Positions 30,380 to 41,000 of a DNA stretch of 64,000 bases are shown piece by piece. The notes below the pieces were generated by a model. It was given only the letters and a program-made list of their open reading frames with translations. It made no database searches and was not told the origin of the DNA. Within the stretch, counting starts at the first letter, position 1. Each line of letters begins with the position of its first letter. Origin of the DNA: an uncultured Gemmatimonadales bacterium (GTDB taxonomy: Bacteria; Gemmatimonadota; Gemmatimonadetes; Gemmatimonadales; Gemmatimonadaceae); the NCBI GenBank assembly GCA_963793305.1, contig CAWBZV010000005.1, positions 736,001 to 800,000 of the forward strand. Reading direction: 5' to 3'. The translations under genes were made by a program, and so were the position numbers.

Positions 30380-31665
30380 CGCGCCGGTGCGTTGGTCTCC
30401 TCCTGGTCGGCGCCTGCCTGGCCGTGCCCGTATTCGGTCAGACGCCGAACATGAAAACGGATATCCGCAACCTGTTCCACTTCGGCACCTGCGCAAACTT
30501 GATCTGCATCGATACCAGCGCCGGTCCGCACGGGACGCACTTCAATCCCGATGCGTTGGCCAGCGGAACGGAGCTGATCAACTTTCTGGAGAATGCGGTC
30601 ACGACGACGATCGGCAACCTGCCGATCGGCGGCACGTCCTCCGGCGCCGTGTTCTCATTCGATGCCAATGGCGTCCCCATCGTCTCCGCGGGGTCGACCG
30701 GACCGATCTTCGGCGAACGTGCGCAGACGCTCGGTCGTGGACATCTCGTCGTCGGCGTGAACGCGACCAGCTTGAGCTTCGCGTCGATTCGCGGTGTGCC
30801 GCTGAACGACATCTCGCTGAACCTGACCCACCAGAACATCGATCCCCAGAATGGCGGCAAGCTCGGCAGCCCGACCTTCGAGTACGATTACATCAACATC
30901 CAGACGGACATGTCGTTGTCGATGCTCGCGTACTCGGCGTACATCACGTACGGCCTCGCGAACCACGTCGACATCTCCGTGGCCGTGCCGCTGGTGCACC
31001 TGACGTTCAATGGGACGAGCATCGGCACGATCATGCATAACGAGCCCGGCCCGGCCGACCACTACTGGTCGGGCAATCCGCTCAACCCCAAGCTCGTGGA
31101 CACGACGCACTCGGGCGGAAATGTGACCGGGGTCGGCGACATGTCCGTTCGCCTCAAGGCGAATCTCCTGCAAACGGCGACGACGGGCATCGGGCTCCTG
31201 GCCGACCTGCGGCTCCCAACGGGCGACCAAAACAACCTGCTCGGGACCGGCACGATCTCTTGGCGCGCCCTGTTGATCGCCTCGACCCGCTTTGCCTTCG
31301 TCGAACCCCATGTCAATGTCGGGTATGAGTACCAAAATGCGACTACTGAAACAGGCGCCGCGCTGACCACGGTCGGACTGGATGCCCGATTGGCCCCCCC
31401 GGTGACATTTGCCGGTGAAATTATTGGACGGTGGGAGGTCGGCCCGAACGTGCCCTTGCCGGGCCCCGCGTCGTATATCGATGGGAGCGTCGTGCAGCGA
31501 ACCACGTTTCCGAACCAGCGGGACGACAACATCGATGGATCGACCGGACTCAAGATCGGGTTCGGGAAGGGCTTCACCGTGTTGGGCAACGTGATCTTCC
31601 CGATCCAGGATCGCGGCGTGAAAGCAAATATTATCTGGACCGCTGGTCTGGAACGAAGCTTTTGA
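30376..31665 (+). CDS. Outer-membrane beta-barrel 'transporter' (MetA-pathway/phenol_MetA_deg-like)
   Basis: Signal peptide MTRRCVGLLLVGACLAVPVFG-Q, ERAQTLGRG, GVGDMSVRLK, LRLPTGDQNNLLGTG, and BAM-type C-terminus WTAGLERSF. Confidence 0.8.
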   Translation: MTRRCVGLLLVGACLAVPVFGQTPNMKTDIRNLFHFGTCANLICIDTSAGPHGTHFNPDALASGTELINFLENAVTTTIGNLPIGGTSSGAVFSFDANGVPIVSAGSTGPIFGERAQTLGRGHLVVGVNATSLSFASIRGVPLNDISLNLTHQNIDPQNGGKLGSPTFEYDYINIQTDMSLSMLAYSAYITYGLANHVDISVAVPLVHLTFNGTSIGTIMHNEPGPADHYWSGNPLNPKLVDTTHSGGNVTGVGDMSVRLKANLLQTATTGIGLLADLRLPTGDQNNLLGTGTISWRALLIASTRFAFVEPHVNVGYEYQNATTETGAALTTVGLDARLAPPVTFAGEIIGRWEVGPNVPLPGPASYIDGSVVQRTTFPNQRDDNIDGSTGLKIGFGKGFTVLGNVIFPIQDRGVKANIIWTAGLERSF

Positions 31666-31675
31666 ACTGGACTCA

Positions 31676-34168
31676 TTGAACACTACCCGCGTCGCTTCGC
31701 CCGTCGCTCCAGATGCCCGCGCCCATTTACTGGACGCGGTACGCGAAGCGTCCGCCGCGACATATGAAACCCTCGGCGAGCTAGGCCCGAGCGCGCGGAG
31801 CGTGATGGCCTATCTCGCCCGGACGAAGTCGGACCGGGCGCTCTCGGTCCTGCTCCTGGAACGTGACCCCATGAGTCCGATCGGCGAGGACCGTTACACC
31901 CTCGCCGAGGCCAATGAGCTCGACGATCGCGTCCCCACGCTCGGGATTACCTGCGACGCCTGCCAGGCGCCGCTCGCGACGTGGGCGGCCCGCTGCGGAG
32001 TGTGCGGCGGCGAAGTCGTCGGGACTCCCGACGATCCCGCCGTAGTCCGCCGCTTGGCTCAGGTGTATTCGGCCCTTCTGGGCTCGATGCCTCGTCCGGG
32101 CGGCGGCTCGATCTACTTCGCCCGTCAGGGCGACGGCCTGGTGGCGCTGCGCTTGATGACGACGGGCGAGACCGCCGAGCCATACAAGCTCGCGGCCACG
32201 CCAGTCGACCCGACACGCGCGCCCATGCTTCCAACGCCGCCGGCCGCGCCGCGGACGCCGGACATGACGGGTGCGACTCGGCGATCCAAACCAACCGTGA
32301 GCATCCCGACAGCAACCACGCGTGTCTGTGCGCAGTGCGGCGCCGAGTATCCGCCGGATCAGCGCTTCTGCCCGGCCGACGGCTCGCCGCTCCGTTCCAA
32401 GACCGGCGGCACGGGCATCATCGGCGAGATCATCGCCGAGCGCTACCACGTGGTGAAGGCGCTCGGCGAGGGCGGCATGGGACAGGTCTATCTCGCCGAG
32501 CAGGTGAAGATGCGGCGCATGTGCGCGCTCAAGGTCATGCGCCCGCAGCTGGCGACCGATCCCGACGCGGTGCGCCGGTTCGGCGCCGAAGCCGAAAACG
32601 CGAGCCGCATCGCGCACCCGAACGTTGCCGCGATCTACGATTTCGGCGAGACGCCCGAAGGGCTCGTCTATCTCGCCATGGAGTTCGTTGACGGGCCGTC
32701 GCTCGCGTCCATGCTGGCGCGTGAGCGCGTGATGGCGGCAGGACGGGTGGCGATGATCGGCAAGCAGGTCGCCGACGCGTTGTCGGCGGCCCACGAGCTC
32801 GGCATCGTCCATTGTGACTTGAAGCCCGACAACGTCATGATCGTTCGGGCCAAAGACGGGACGGAACGCGTCAAAGTGGTCGACTTTGGCATTGCGAAAG
32901 CGATGGCCGACGGCCGCACGCAAATGACGCGCACGGGTTTCGTGCTTGGCACGCCAGCGTACATGAGCCCCGAGCAGATCTCCGGGGACAAGCTCGACGG
33001 ACGCAGCGATCTGTACAGCCTCGGATGCATGCTGTTCGAGATGCTGACCGGCCAGTCGCCGTTCTCCGGCCCGACCGGCGAGATCGTGCTCCATCGGCGA
33101 CTGACCGAAGAGGCGGCAAAGGTCCGAGCGCTCTCGCCCGACTGCCCAAAGAATCTCGATAGCATCATCACGCGCCTCTTATCACGCCGCGTTGACGACC
33201 GCTTCCAGCACGCGAACGAGCTGAGCGAAGCGCTCGACGAGTGCATCGACGAGGACGACCGCCGCGGCACGCGGGCGAAGACGCCGATTCACTCGAAGGC
33301 GACCATCGTCATGAACAAGGCTGGCGCGACGAAGGTCGTTCACGCGACCGCTCGCGCCGCCACGACGAAACGAAAGGCCAAGGCGAAAGCGCAGCCGAAC
33401 TATTTGCTTTTCGGCGGTATCGCGGCCGCCGTTGTGATCGCGGTCGCTTGCGCGCTCGCCTTGCGGACGTTCTCCAAACCCGCGCCGGCAGCGGTCTCCG
33501 TCGCACAGGCGCCGGCGCCTCAGTTGCCGGCTGCGGTGACCCCACCGCCCGCCGTGTCGACGCCCGCGCCGACGCCGGACACGCAAGCAGCCGCCACACC
33601 GACGCAGGCGAGTGTGGCGCCGAGTACCCCGTCGAAGTCGTCGCCGAAGAAGCAGCCGGCGAAAGAGAAACCGACGCCGACACGTCCCGCGCCGGTGGTC
33701 GCTACGACACCTCCGCCGATCACACCCCAGCCGGCGCCTCAGCCGCAGCAGCAGGTGGTGCAACAGCCGGCGGTGCAGCAGCCCGCTCCCATCACTCCGC
33801 CGCCGGCCGCGGCGCCTGTGGTCGACCTGGCGGCCGAGGTAGGCCACGCGAACCAGGTGGTGAAGGATTACGTCTACGCATTGAACGACAAGAACATCAG
33901 CCGGATGAAACAGCTCTACCCGACGATGCCCGGCGCGCTGGAGACTGGCCTGCGCGCGCTGACGGCGAACGCAACCGACTTCTCGGCGGCGATCACCACA
34001 CCGCCGAACGCGTCGGTGCTCGGAGATGCCGGAGACACGGAGTTCGCCTACCAGCTCACGTTCTCAACCCCGGCTCAGGGGAAGAGCAGCCCGTCGTTCC
34101 GCTACCACGCCGCGCTCGCCAAGCAAGGCGGCTCGTGGCAGATCAAGTCGCTGACGCTACTCCGGTAG
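31676..34168 (+). CDS. Membrane Hanks-type Ser/Thr kinase with N-terminal Zn ribbons and degenerate kinase-like segments, TM, Pro-rich linker and C-terminal alpha/beta domain
   Basis: LGEGGMGQVY, ALKVM, HCDLKPDN, DFG, GTPAYMSPEQ; CxxC...CxxC and CxxC...CPxDG ribbons. Confidence 0.92.
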   Translation: MNTTRVASPVAPDARAHLLDAVREASAATYETLGELGPSARSVMAYLARTKSDRALSVLLLERDPMSPIGEDRYTLAEANELDDRVPTLGITCDACQAPLATWAARCGVCGGEVVGTPDDPAVVRRLAQVYSALLGSMPRPGGGSIYFARQGDGLVALRLMTTGETAEPYKLAATPVDPTRAPMLPTPPAAPRTPDMTGATRRSKPTVSIPTATTRVCAQCGAEYPPDQRFCPADGSPLRSKTGGTGIIGEIIAERYHVVKALGEGGMGQVYLAEQVKMRRMCALKVMRPQLATDPDAVRRFGAEAENASRIAHPNVAAIYDFGETPEGLVYLAMEFVDGPSLASMLARERVMAAGRVAMIGKQVADALSAAHELGIVHCDLKPDNVMIVRAKDGTERVKVVDFGIAKAMADGRTQMTRTGFVLGTPAYMSPEQISGDKLDGRSDLYSLGCMLFEMLTGQSPFSGPTGEIVLHRRLTEEAAKVRALSPDCPKNLDSIITRLLSRRVDDRFQHANELSEALDECIDEDDRRGTRAKTPIHSKATIVMNKAGATKVVHATARAATTKRKAKAKAQPNYLLFGGIAAAVVIAVACALALRTFSKPAPAAVSVAQAPAPQLPAAVTPPPAVSTPAPTPDTQAAATPTQASVAPSTPSKSSPKKQPAKEKPTPTRPAPVVATTPPPITPQPAPQPQQQVVQQPAVQQPAPITPPPAAAPVVDLAAEVGHANQVVKDYVYALNDKNISRMKQLYPTMPGALETGLRALTANATDFSAAITTPPNASVLGDAGDTEFAYQLTFSTPAQGKSSPSFRYHAALAKQGGSWQIKSLTLLR

Positions 34169-34180
34169 GTAAGCTCGCGG

Positions 34181-35893
34181 TCAGTGCACGGTGAGGCTGA
34201 CGGTCGCCTCGCGCCCCGCCGCGGTCGCGCGCACGTGCGCCGTTCCAGCCGCGACCGCTGTCACCGCTCCAGTCTTGGCGTCAACCGTCGCGATCGCCGG
34301 ATCATCGCTCACCCAGGCGATCTGGGCTTTCGCGACCAGCCGCTGATTCGCGTCATACGCGACCCCCTGCAGTCGCACAGTCTGCCCAACGCGCATCGGC
34401 TCGGCGCCGCTGATCGTGATCCAGCGGACGCCCTTGGCGGGGGTCAGGAAGACAGTCTGCGGTTCCTGCTGCGCTGAGTCGGCGGCTGGTGCGGGTGGTG
34501 TCCATAGCGCCACGCCCACACCGACGCCCACAGCCACAGCCACAACGACGCCGCCGACGATCCACAGGACGCTGCGCTTGCGCCTGACGATGGGGACCGT
34601 GGCGGGAGGAGGCGGTTGCGTAGGTGGCGACACCGCGGTCCCAGCCGGCACAGTGGAGGGAATCGGCCGCGAAACCGAAAGCGAAATCGCCGCCCGCGCA
34701 TCGCCGATGGCCGCCCGCACGATGGCGGCACCCGGGGCCACAGCCGTCACCCGCCCGGTCCTCTCGTCCACCCGCACGATCTCCGGCGCGTCGGAGCTCC
34801 AGCTCACCGCAACGGCCGGCACCTCGGCTCCGCGCGGGCTCCACGCGGTCAACCGGAGCGTCACGGCCTCGCCGACGGTGACTTCGCCTGGTGCCGTGAT
34901 CGCCACCTTGCCCACCACTTGCTGCGTCACGCCACCGCGCGGGATCGGGCTCGGCGCCCCCCGAATGATGGTCGTGTCGAGACCATCCGTCGCCCATTTC
35001 GCGAGCTCGGCTCTCGCGGGATCGTCGTCCTCGAACGGCCGGGCCTCGGCCGCGTGCAGCGCCGCGTTCATGGTCGGCCAGCGCTCGGCCGGCGTCTTTG
35101 CCAGCATGCGACGGATCGCCGCATCGAGCTCCGGCGGACAGTCCGGCCGGCGCTCGGTGATGGGCGCCGGCGCCTGCTCGATGTGACAGCGCATCACGGC
35201 GAACGTCGTCCCCGTGAATGGCACCGAGCCGGTCAGCATCTCATACGCAACCACGCCCAACGCATACTGGTCCGCGGCCCACGTGATCTCGGTCCCGCGG
35301 CACTGCTCGGGACTCATGTACTGCGGCGTGCCGACCGCTGCGCCGGTCTGCGTGTGGGCGTTGGACTCGGCGACTTTGGCGATGCCGAAGTCCGTCACCA
35401 TGGCTTCACCAGCGGCATCCATCATGATGTTCGCCGGCTTGATGTCACGGTGGATGATCTGGAGGCGATGCGCGTAGCTCAGTGCGCTGCCCACTTCGCA
35501 GAGAATGTGGCGGACCACCGGAATGGGAAGGGCACCCCGCGCTCCAATGATCTCGGCCAGCGGGCGTCCGACCACGAATTTCATCACAAAACAGTGCAGG
35601 TCGCCCACCTGCCGGACCGCATGAATCGTGATGATGTTCGGATGATTCAACCGCGCGACGGTGACCGCCTCCTGCTGGAAGCGCTGCACCATGCTGGCGT
35701 CGGGCATGAGCCCGGGCGACATGACCTTGATGGCCACGCGCCGGTCGAGGGCGGGCTCGTAGGCCAGAAATACGGCGGCCATGCCCCCACGACCCAACTC
35801 GCGCTCAATGATGTACTCCCCTTGGAGCGCGTCATTCAGACGGTCGGCGACCGTCGACCAACTGGACTGATTGGCGGGTACCGAGGCCGTCAC
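34181..35893 (-). CDS. Membrane Ser/Thr kinase with two Big_2 Ig-like domains flanking a TM helix
   Basis: [49 protein letters not shown] and [12 protein letters not shown]g motifs. Confidence 0.93.
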   Translation of the reverse strand: MTASVPANQSSWSTVADRLNDALQGEYIIERELGRGGMAAVFLAYEPALDRRVAIKVMSPGLMPDASMVQRFQQEAVTVARLNHPNIITIHAVRQVGDLHCFVMKFVVGRPLAEIIGARGALPIPVVRHILCEVGSALSYAHRLQIIHRDIKPANIMMDAAGEAMVTDFGIAKVAESNAHTQTGAAVGTPQYMSPEQCRGTEITWAADQYALGVVAYEMLTGSVPFTGTTFAVMRCHIEQAPAPITERRPDCPPELDAAIRRMLAKTPAERWPTMNAALHAAEARPFEDDDPARAELAKWATDGLDTTIIRGAPSPIPRGGVTQQVVGKVAITAPGEVTVGEAVTLRLTAWSPRGAEVPAVAVSWSSDAPEIVRVDERTGRVTAVAPGAAIVRAAIGDARAAISLSVSRPIPSTVPAGTAVSPPTQPPPPATVPIVRRKRSVLWIVGGVVVAVAVGVGVGVALWTPPAPAADSAQQEPQTVFLTPAKGVRWITISGAEPMRVGQTVRLQGVAYDANQRLVAKAQIAWVSDDPAIATVDAKTGAVTAVAAGTAHVRATAAGREATVSLTVH

Positions 35894-35912
35894 CAGTCAA
35901 CGATACGTCTCC

Positions 35913-35993
35913 GTCTCACCTTCGCAAGCTGGCGCTTGCGAAGGCGAGACTCATCGGTCCTCCTCCGGGGGGAACCACAACTGCCCCCCCGGA
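35913..35993. repeat. Two GC-rich hairpins in the divergent kinase/MCP intergenic region
   Basis: 17-bp stem GTCTCACCTTCGCAAGC-TGGC-GCTTGCGAAGGCGAGAC (35913-35950) and TCCGGGGGG-N12-CCCCCCGGA (35964-35993). Confidence 0.65.
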
Positions 35994-36042
35994 CCCCCCA
36001 ATTGCTGGCGTTTCCAGGGGAGCGAGCGCGTCGTCAGTCGAG

Positions 36043-37725
36043 GTGGTCGCCGAGACGTACGCTCCGGATGCGCGCCCGCCTGAGCTGGACACGCTGGAAG
36101 GGATCGAGTTCCTGCAGATCCACGGTGGTCTGGAGCGGCGCGGCGCCCGCCTGCGCACAAAAATTATTTTATTCGTGGTCGTCGCCTTGGTGCCGATCTT
36201 TCTGGCGCTAGGCTACTGGTACCTGCCCCGGGAGTTCTGGACGGTCCAACTCGCCGAGTCGGCCGAAAGCGCCCGCACGGTCGCGGCGTTCGTCGTCCGC
36301 CGCCCGACCCCCGAGACGGTGAACGACGCCTTCACCACCGCGATCGGACGCCTGCTGTATTTAGGTGTCATCGACGCCGACGGCCACGTGCTCTTCGCCA
36401 GGTCCGAGCGGGACCGCCTGACCCCTCCGGACACCGTGCTCCGCGCCGATCACCTGGAGGGCACGCGCCGGAACGAGCGCGAGCTATGGGTGGTTCGCCC
36501 CACGCGCGAGGGCGAGCGGGTGGTTCTCGCCTGGTCGCTCGACCGGGCGAGCGAAGCGTGGTTCCGCATGCGCCGCATTTTCACGTTCGCCACGGTCGTG
36601 GCGATCGGCGTGGCCTCGTTTATCGCGTTCATCCTGTCGCGTTCCGTCACGAGGCCACTGGAGTCGATCACGGTTTCGCTCGACGCGTTGACGCGCCAGT
36701 CCCATTGGAACCTGCGCACGCGGGTGGCCGTGCGGACCCGCGACGAGATCGGCGATCTCGCGGTCTGCGTCAACCGATTCATCGCCGAGCTCGCGCGGTT
36801 GGTCTCGAACACGCGCGAGGCCGCCGAGCACGTGGTGCGCCGCACCGAAGAATTGAGCGCCTCCACGTCGGCCCTCAACGCCTCGGGTCACGACGTCTCC
36901 GCAGCCGTTGACACGGTAGCCGCCGACGCCGCCGCGCAAGCCAACCTGGCCGCTCGCACGCGGGAAGAAGCCGCCGCGGCCGGCGAAGCCGCCGAGGCAG
37001 TTCTGGAGCGTGTGGGCGAAGCCGACTCGATAACCAGTGACACGCTCGCGGCCGCCCAGGTCGGGCTCAAGGGTGTGGCGGAAGCCGACACGGCCGTCGA
37101 GCGCATCGTCGCCGCCGCGGCAGCGGCCCAACAGAGCTTCGCGGAAGTCGAGCAGCGCCTCAAGGCGATCGCCGGGGCCACGGCGGGAATCGCGGGCATT
37201 GCCCAAACCACGAACTTGATCGCCCTGAACGCGGCGATCGAGGCAGCCCGTGCGGGCGAGCACGGGAAGGGATTCGCGGTCGTCGCCGACGAAGTCCGAA
37301 AGCTCGCCCGCGCCTCGGGCAAGCTCGTCGACCAGATCCACGCCGAGGTCGGCCGGATCCAGAAGGGGACGCGCGCGACGGCGAGCGATCTCGCGCGCGC
37401 GAACGACGAGGTTCTCGCGGGGCGCAAAGTGATCGGCGCGACGGGCACCGCGATTCGGGACTCGGTCGCCCGCGTAGAGGCCGCGGCGGCCATTGTGCGC
37501 GGGGTCGCGACGCTAGCGGCCGCTCAGCGCGAAGCGGTCCGCCGTATCGAAGCGCGCGCGGCTGAAGTCGCGGCGCTCTCGGGCAGCCAAGCCTCGGCCG
37601 CCCAGCAGATGGCGATGTCGACCGCGGCCCAAGCGAGTGTGATCAGCGAGGCGGCCGCCGAGCTCGCCGCGCTACGCAACGTCGCGACGGTCGCGCTCGA
37701 ATCGGTCAACCGGTTCCAGATTTAG
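36043..37725 (+). CDS. Methyl-accepting chemotaxis protein
   Basis: Two TMs, HAMP (TRPL...DEIGDLA), signalling hairpin [35 protein letters not shown]. Confidence 0.93.
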   Translation: MVAETYAPDARPPELDTLEGIEFLQIHGGLERRGARLRTKIILFVVVALVPIFLALGYWYLPREFWTVQLAESAESARTVAAFVVRRPTPETVNDAFTTAIGRLLYLGVIDADGHVLFARSERDRLTPPDTVLRADHLEGTRRNERELWVVRPTREGERVVLAWSLDRASEAWFRMRRIFTFATVVAIGVASFIAFILSRSVTRPLESITVSLDALTRQSHWNLRTRVAVRTRDEIGDLAVCVNRFIAELARLVSNTREAAEHVVRRTEELSASTSALNASGHDVSAAVDTVAADAAAQANLAARTREEAAAAGEAAEAVLERVGEADSITSDTLAAAQVGLKGVAEADTAVERIVAAAAAAQQSFAEVEQRLKAIAGATAGIAGIAQTTNLIALNAAIEAARAGEHGKGFAVVADEVRKLARASGKLVDQIHAEVGRIQKGTRATASDLARANDEVLAGRKVIGATGTAIRDSVARVEAAAAIVRGVATLAAAQREAVRRIEARAAEVAALSGSQASAAQQMAMSTAAQASVISEAAAELAALRNVATVALESVNRFQI

Positions 37726-37732
37726 CAGTCCC

Positions 37733-39259
37733 CTAGGGGCCCTCTAAGGGCAGCACCAGGGTAAAAGTCGACCCAGTCCCAGGGACGCTTTCGACCGTGA
37801 GATCGCCGGCCATGGCACGGGCCAGCGCACGACTGATGGGCAGCCCGAGCCCAACGCCTTCGACGGGCCGCGACAACTGCCGGTCGAGCTGAACGAACGG
37901 CTCGAAGATGCGCCCCATGTCGGCCTCGGGGATCCCCCGGCCACTGTCGCGCACGCGGACGCAGACCTTCGCCCCGTTCGCCTCGCACGAGACCCACACC
38001 ATGCCACCGCGGTCCGTGAACTTGATCGCGTTCGACACGAGGTTCGTCAGGATCTGCGCGACTTTGTGTCGATCGGCGTGCGCGACCACATCGGGGTCGG
38101 CGCCGGACGTATTGAACCCGAGGCCTTTGCCGCCGATCTGCGGCTTGATCAGGGCTTCGACGGTCGTGATGACATCGGCGAGCGACACGGGCCCCAGCTT
38201 GATCTGTTCCTGACTGGCCTCGAGCCGCGCGAAGGCGAGAATGGAATTGATCAACCCGAGGAGATGCTCCTCGCTCCTCCGGATCGCCTCCAGATCCTGA
38301 GTCTGCTCGGGGGTGACGGGTCCCCGTAGTCCGAGCACGAGGATCTCGGCATACCCGGCGATGGCATTGAGCGGTGTCCGCAACTCGTGGCTCATCGTCG
38401 CGAGGAAGCTGGACTTCGCCTGGTTCGCGTTCTCCGCGATGCGCTGCGCGTCCCGCGCCTCGTCGGCGTTGCGCTCCGCGACGAGTGTCTGCTCGGCTAG
38501 CTCCTCGGTCGTCGACTGCAGCTCTTCGTTTGCCGCCTCCAGCTCGGCCGCCTGCTCCTGGAGCTGCTCGTTCGTCGTCTCGAGCTCGACCTGCTGCTCC
38601 CGCAGGCGCTGGGCGCCCTCCGCTTCCCGGGCGGCCGCCCGCGACAGGGCCGCGACCGTGAAGGCGGCCAGCAGGAAGGCGACCAGCGTGCCCGCGGCGA
38701 TGATCCATTGCGTCCGCACGGCGCGGCGATGCTCGACCGCGGTGCGGCTCGCCAGCAGCTGGCGCTCCAGGTCTTGAATTGCCGCAATGAGCTGGCGCGC
38801 CTCGCCCATATAGTGCCGGCCGGCGCTGGCCCGAAACGCGCGGTACCCCGCGCTGGCCCCCGTGTCCCGACGAGCACTGATCACGCGATCCAGCGCGTCG
38901 AGCCGGGCGGAGACGAGCGGGTCCAGCGTGTCCAGCCGCTGCTGTTGCACCCGGTTGTCGCTGGTGAGCTGCTTGACCCGCGCCAGGTTGCGCCGGACAT
39001 CGGCGTCGGCGCCAGCGTATGGCGAGAGGTACGTCGTGTCGCCGGTCAGCAAGAACCCGCGCTCCGCCGTCTCGGCGTCGACGAGCCGCTGCAGCACCGC
39101 ATCGGTGGTCTCGATGACGTCGTGCGTATGCGAGACGGCCGCAATGGCTACCGCGTCGCGGCTATCCGCGACGAACGCCGCCGCGCCGACTATGAGGATC
39201 ACGAGGGCGGCGAGAGCGGCTGCGGCGATCTTGTAACGAAGCGGGATCCGATTGAACAT
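37733..39259 (-). CDS. CHASE3-domain sensor histidine kinase
   Basis: DAETAERGFLLTGD (CHASE3), MSHELRTPLN (H-box), NLVSNAIKFT, DSGRGI, GVGLGL. Confidence 0.93.
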   Translation of the reverse strand: MFNRIPLRYKIAAAALAALVILIVGAAAFVADSRDAVAIAAVSHTHDVIETTDAVLQRLVDAETAERGFLLTGDTTYLSPYAGADADVRRNLARVKQLTSDNRVQQQRLDTLDPLVSARLDALDRVISARRDTGASAGYRAFRASAGRHYMGEARQLIAAIQDLERQLLASRTAVEHRRAVRTQWIIAAGTLVAFLLAAFTVAALSRAAAREAEGAQRLREQQVELETTNEQLQEQAAELEAANEELQSTTEELAEQTLVAERNADEARDAQRIAENANQAKSSFLATMSHELRTPLNAIAGYAEILVLGLRGPVTPEQTQDLEAIRRSEEHLLGLINSILAFARLEASQEQIKLGPVSLADVITTVEALIKPQIGGKGLGFNTSGADPDVVAHADRHKVAQILTNLVSNAIKFTDRGGMVWVSCEANGAKVCVRVRDSGRGIPEADMGRIFEPFVQLDRQLSRPVEGVGLGLPISRALARAMAGDLTVESVPGTGSTFTLVLPLEGP

Positions 39260-39294
39260 GAGTGAGATAACGGCCGGCTGTTAAGTTATCCCCC

Positions 39295-40233
39295 GTGTCC
39301 TTGAGCATCGAGACCACCGCGCTCCGGAAGGTGTATCCGGGCGACACGATCGCCCTGCACGGGCTCGACCTTGTCGTCGGCGCCGGCGACTTCTTTGGGT
39401 TGCTCGGACCCAACGGAGCGGGGAAGACGACCACGATCGGCATCCTCACGACGCGCGTACGGCCGACCGCCGGCACGGCGGTTGTGGCGGGCGCTGATGT
39501 GCGCACCGACCCGGTCGGCGTGCGGCTTCGCATCGGCGTCGTCCCGCAACGGCCGAACCCGGACCGCAGTCTCAATGTGCTCGAGAACTTGTTGTTCCAT
39601 GCCGCATATTTCGGCATTGCACACTCGGTCGCCTCGGCCCGCGCCAACGCGCTCCTCGATCAGCTCGCCATTGCTGACAAAGCGCACGCGAAGGTCGACG
39701 CGCTCTCGGGCGGGCAGCAGCAGCGCCTGATGATCGCCCGCGCGTTGATCCACGAGCCGCGGGTGCTCTTTCTCGACGAGCCCACGGTCGGCCTCGATCC
39801 GCAAGCGCGTCTCGCGTTGTGGGAGATCTTGCGCGCGCTCCATGCCGACGGCCGCACGATCGTGATGACCACGCACTACATGGAAGAGGCGGAGCAGTTG
39901 TGCGACCGGATCGCGATCGTCGACCAGGGCCGATTGTTAGCCGTCGACACGCCGGCCGCACTCGTCGCCCGCGCGCCGGGCGGCACGTTGATCGAGCTCA
40001 CGCTCGATGGCGAGGCGCAGCCGCTCCTCCCGCGCATCACCGCGATCGCCGGCGTCACCTCCGCTGACGCCCAAGCGAACGTCCTGCGTGCCTTTAGCGC
40101 GGAGGGTGGCCAGGTTATTCCCGCGTTGATCGCGGTCGCCGAAGGCGCCGCGCGCAAGGTGACCAACATTCACTTGGCGTCCCCAAACCTGGAGACGCTC
40201 TTCATCTCTCTCACTGGCCGTAAACTCGATTGA
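39295..40233 (+). CDS. ABC-2 exporter ATP-binding subunit
   Basis: GPNGAGKTT, LSGGQQQR, LFLDEPT, TTHY. Confidence 0.94.
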   Translation: MSLSIETTALRKVYPGDTIALHGLDLVVGAGDFFGLLGPNGAGKTTTIGILTTRVRPTAGTAVVAGADVRTDPVGVRLRIGVVPQRPNPDRSLNVLENLLFHAAYFGIAHSVASARANALLDQLAIADKAHAKVDALSGGQQQRLMIARALIHEPRVLFLDEPTVGLDPQARLALWEILRALHADGRTIVMTTHYMEEAEQLCDRIAIVDQGRLLAVDTPAALVARAPGGTLIELTLDGEAQPLLPRITAIAGVTSADAQANVLRAFSAEGGQVIPALIAVAEGAARKVTNIHLASPNLETLFISLTGRKLD

Positions 40234-41000
40234 CCGCGACCGTCTTTTTCGCGCTCCTGCGGCGTGATGTGCGGGTGGCCCGCCGCGAGCTGCCGTTCTT
40301 TTTGATGCGCACGATCATGCAGCCGTTGATGTTCATTATCGTCTTCGGCTACTTGTTGCCGAAGATGGGCTTCGTGCGCGGGGCCTACACCACGGCGCTG
40401 CTTCCGGGCATCCTGGCGCTCTCCCTCGCGCTCTCGGCGATTCAGTCCGTCACCCTCCCCATGGTCCAGGACTTCGGCTGGTCCAAGGAGATCGAAGATC
40501 GCCTCCTGGCCCCGATTCCGACTCATCTCGTCGCGGTCGAGAAGGTGATCGTCGGCATCCTCCAGGGGATGGTGGCGGCGCTCGTCGTATTACCGATCGC
40601 CCGCTTGATCATGGGCCCGATCCCGGGCTTCACCCTGACACATTTCGGCGAAGTCCTCGCGGTGACGATCTTCGGCGCCGCGACGTTCTCCGCGCTTGGT
40701 CTCCTGATCGGCTCGACGATCAGTCCAACACAGATCGGGCTCATGTTCAGCATTATCATCGCGCCGATGATCTTCTTCGGCTGCACGTATTACCCGTGGC
40801 GTGGATTGGATGCCGTGCCGTGGATCAAGTACGCGGTGTTGATCAATCCGCTCGTCTATGTCTCCGAAGGAATGCGCGCTGGATTGACACCAGAGGTGCC
40901 GCACTTGTCTCTCCCAATCGTGTTGGGCGCGTTGGTCTTGCTGCTGGCCGTGTGTTGGACGTTTGCCTTGCGGAGCTTCATGAAGCGAGCGATCGGCTGA
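40230..41000 (+). CDS. ABC-2 exporter permease
   Basis: About 6 TM helices, INPLVYVSEGMR; overlaps the ATPase stop. Confidence 0.9.
   Translation: MTATVFFALLRRDVRVARRELPFFLMRTIMQPLMFIIVFGYLLPKMGFVRGAYTTALLPGILALSLALSAIQSVTLPMVQDFGWSKEIEDRLLAPIPTHLVAVEKVIVGILQGMVAALVVLPIARLIMGPIPGFTLTHFGEVLAVTIFGAATFSALGLLIGSTISPTQIGLMFSIIIAPMIFFGCTYYPWRGLDAVPWIKYAVLINPLVYVSEGMRAGLTPEVPHLSLPIVLGALVLLLAVCWTFALRSFMKRAIG

Noticed and set aside
29830..31665. Apparent cytochrome c / beta-barrel fusion ORF (611 aa)
   Set aside because: An internal signal peptide starts at ATG 30376, and a +1 frame gives the natural cytochrome ending WIQQGAAQ*. The fusion is an indel artefact.
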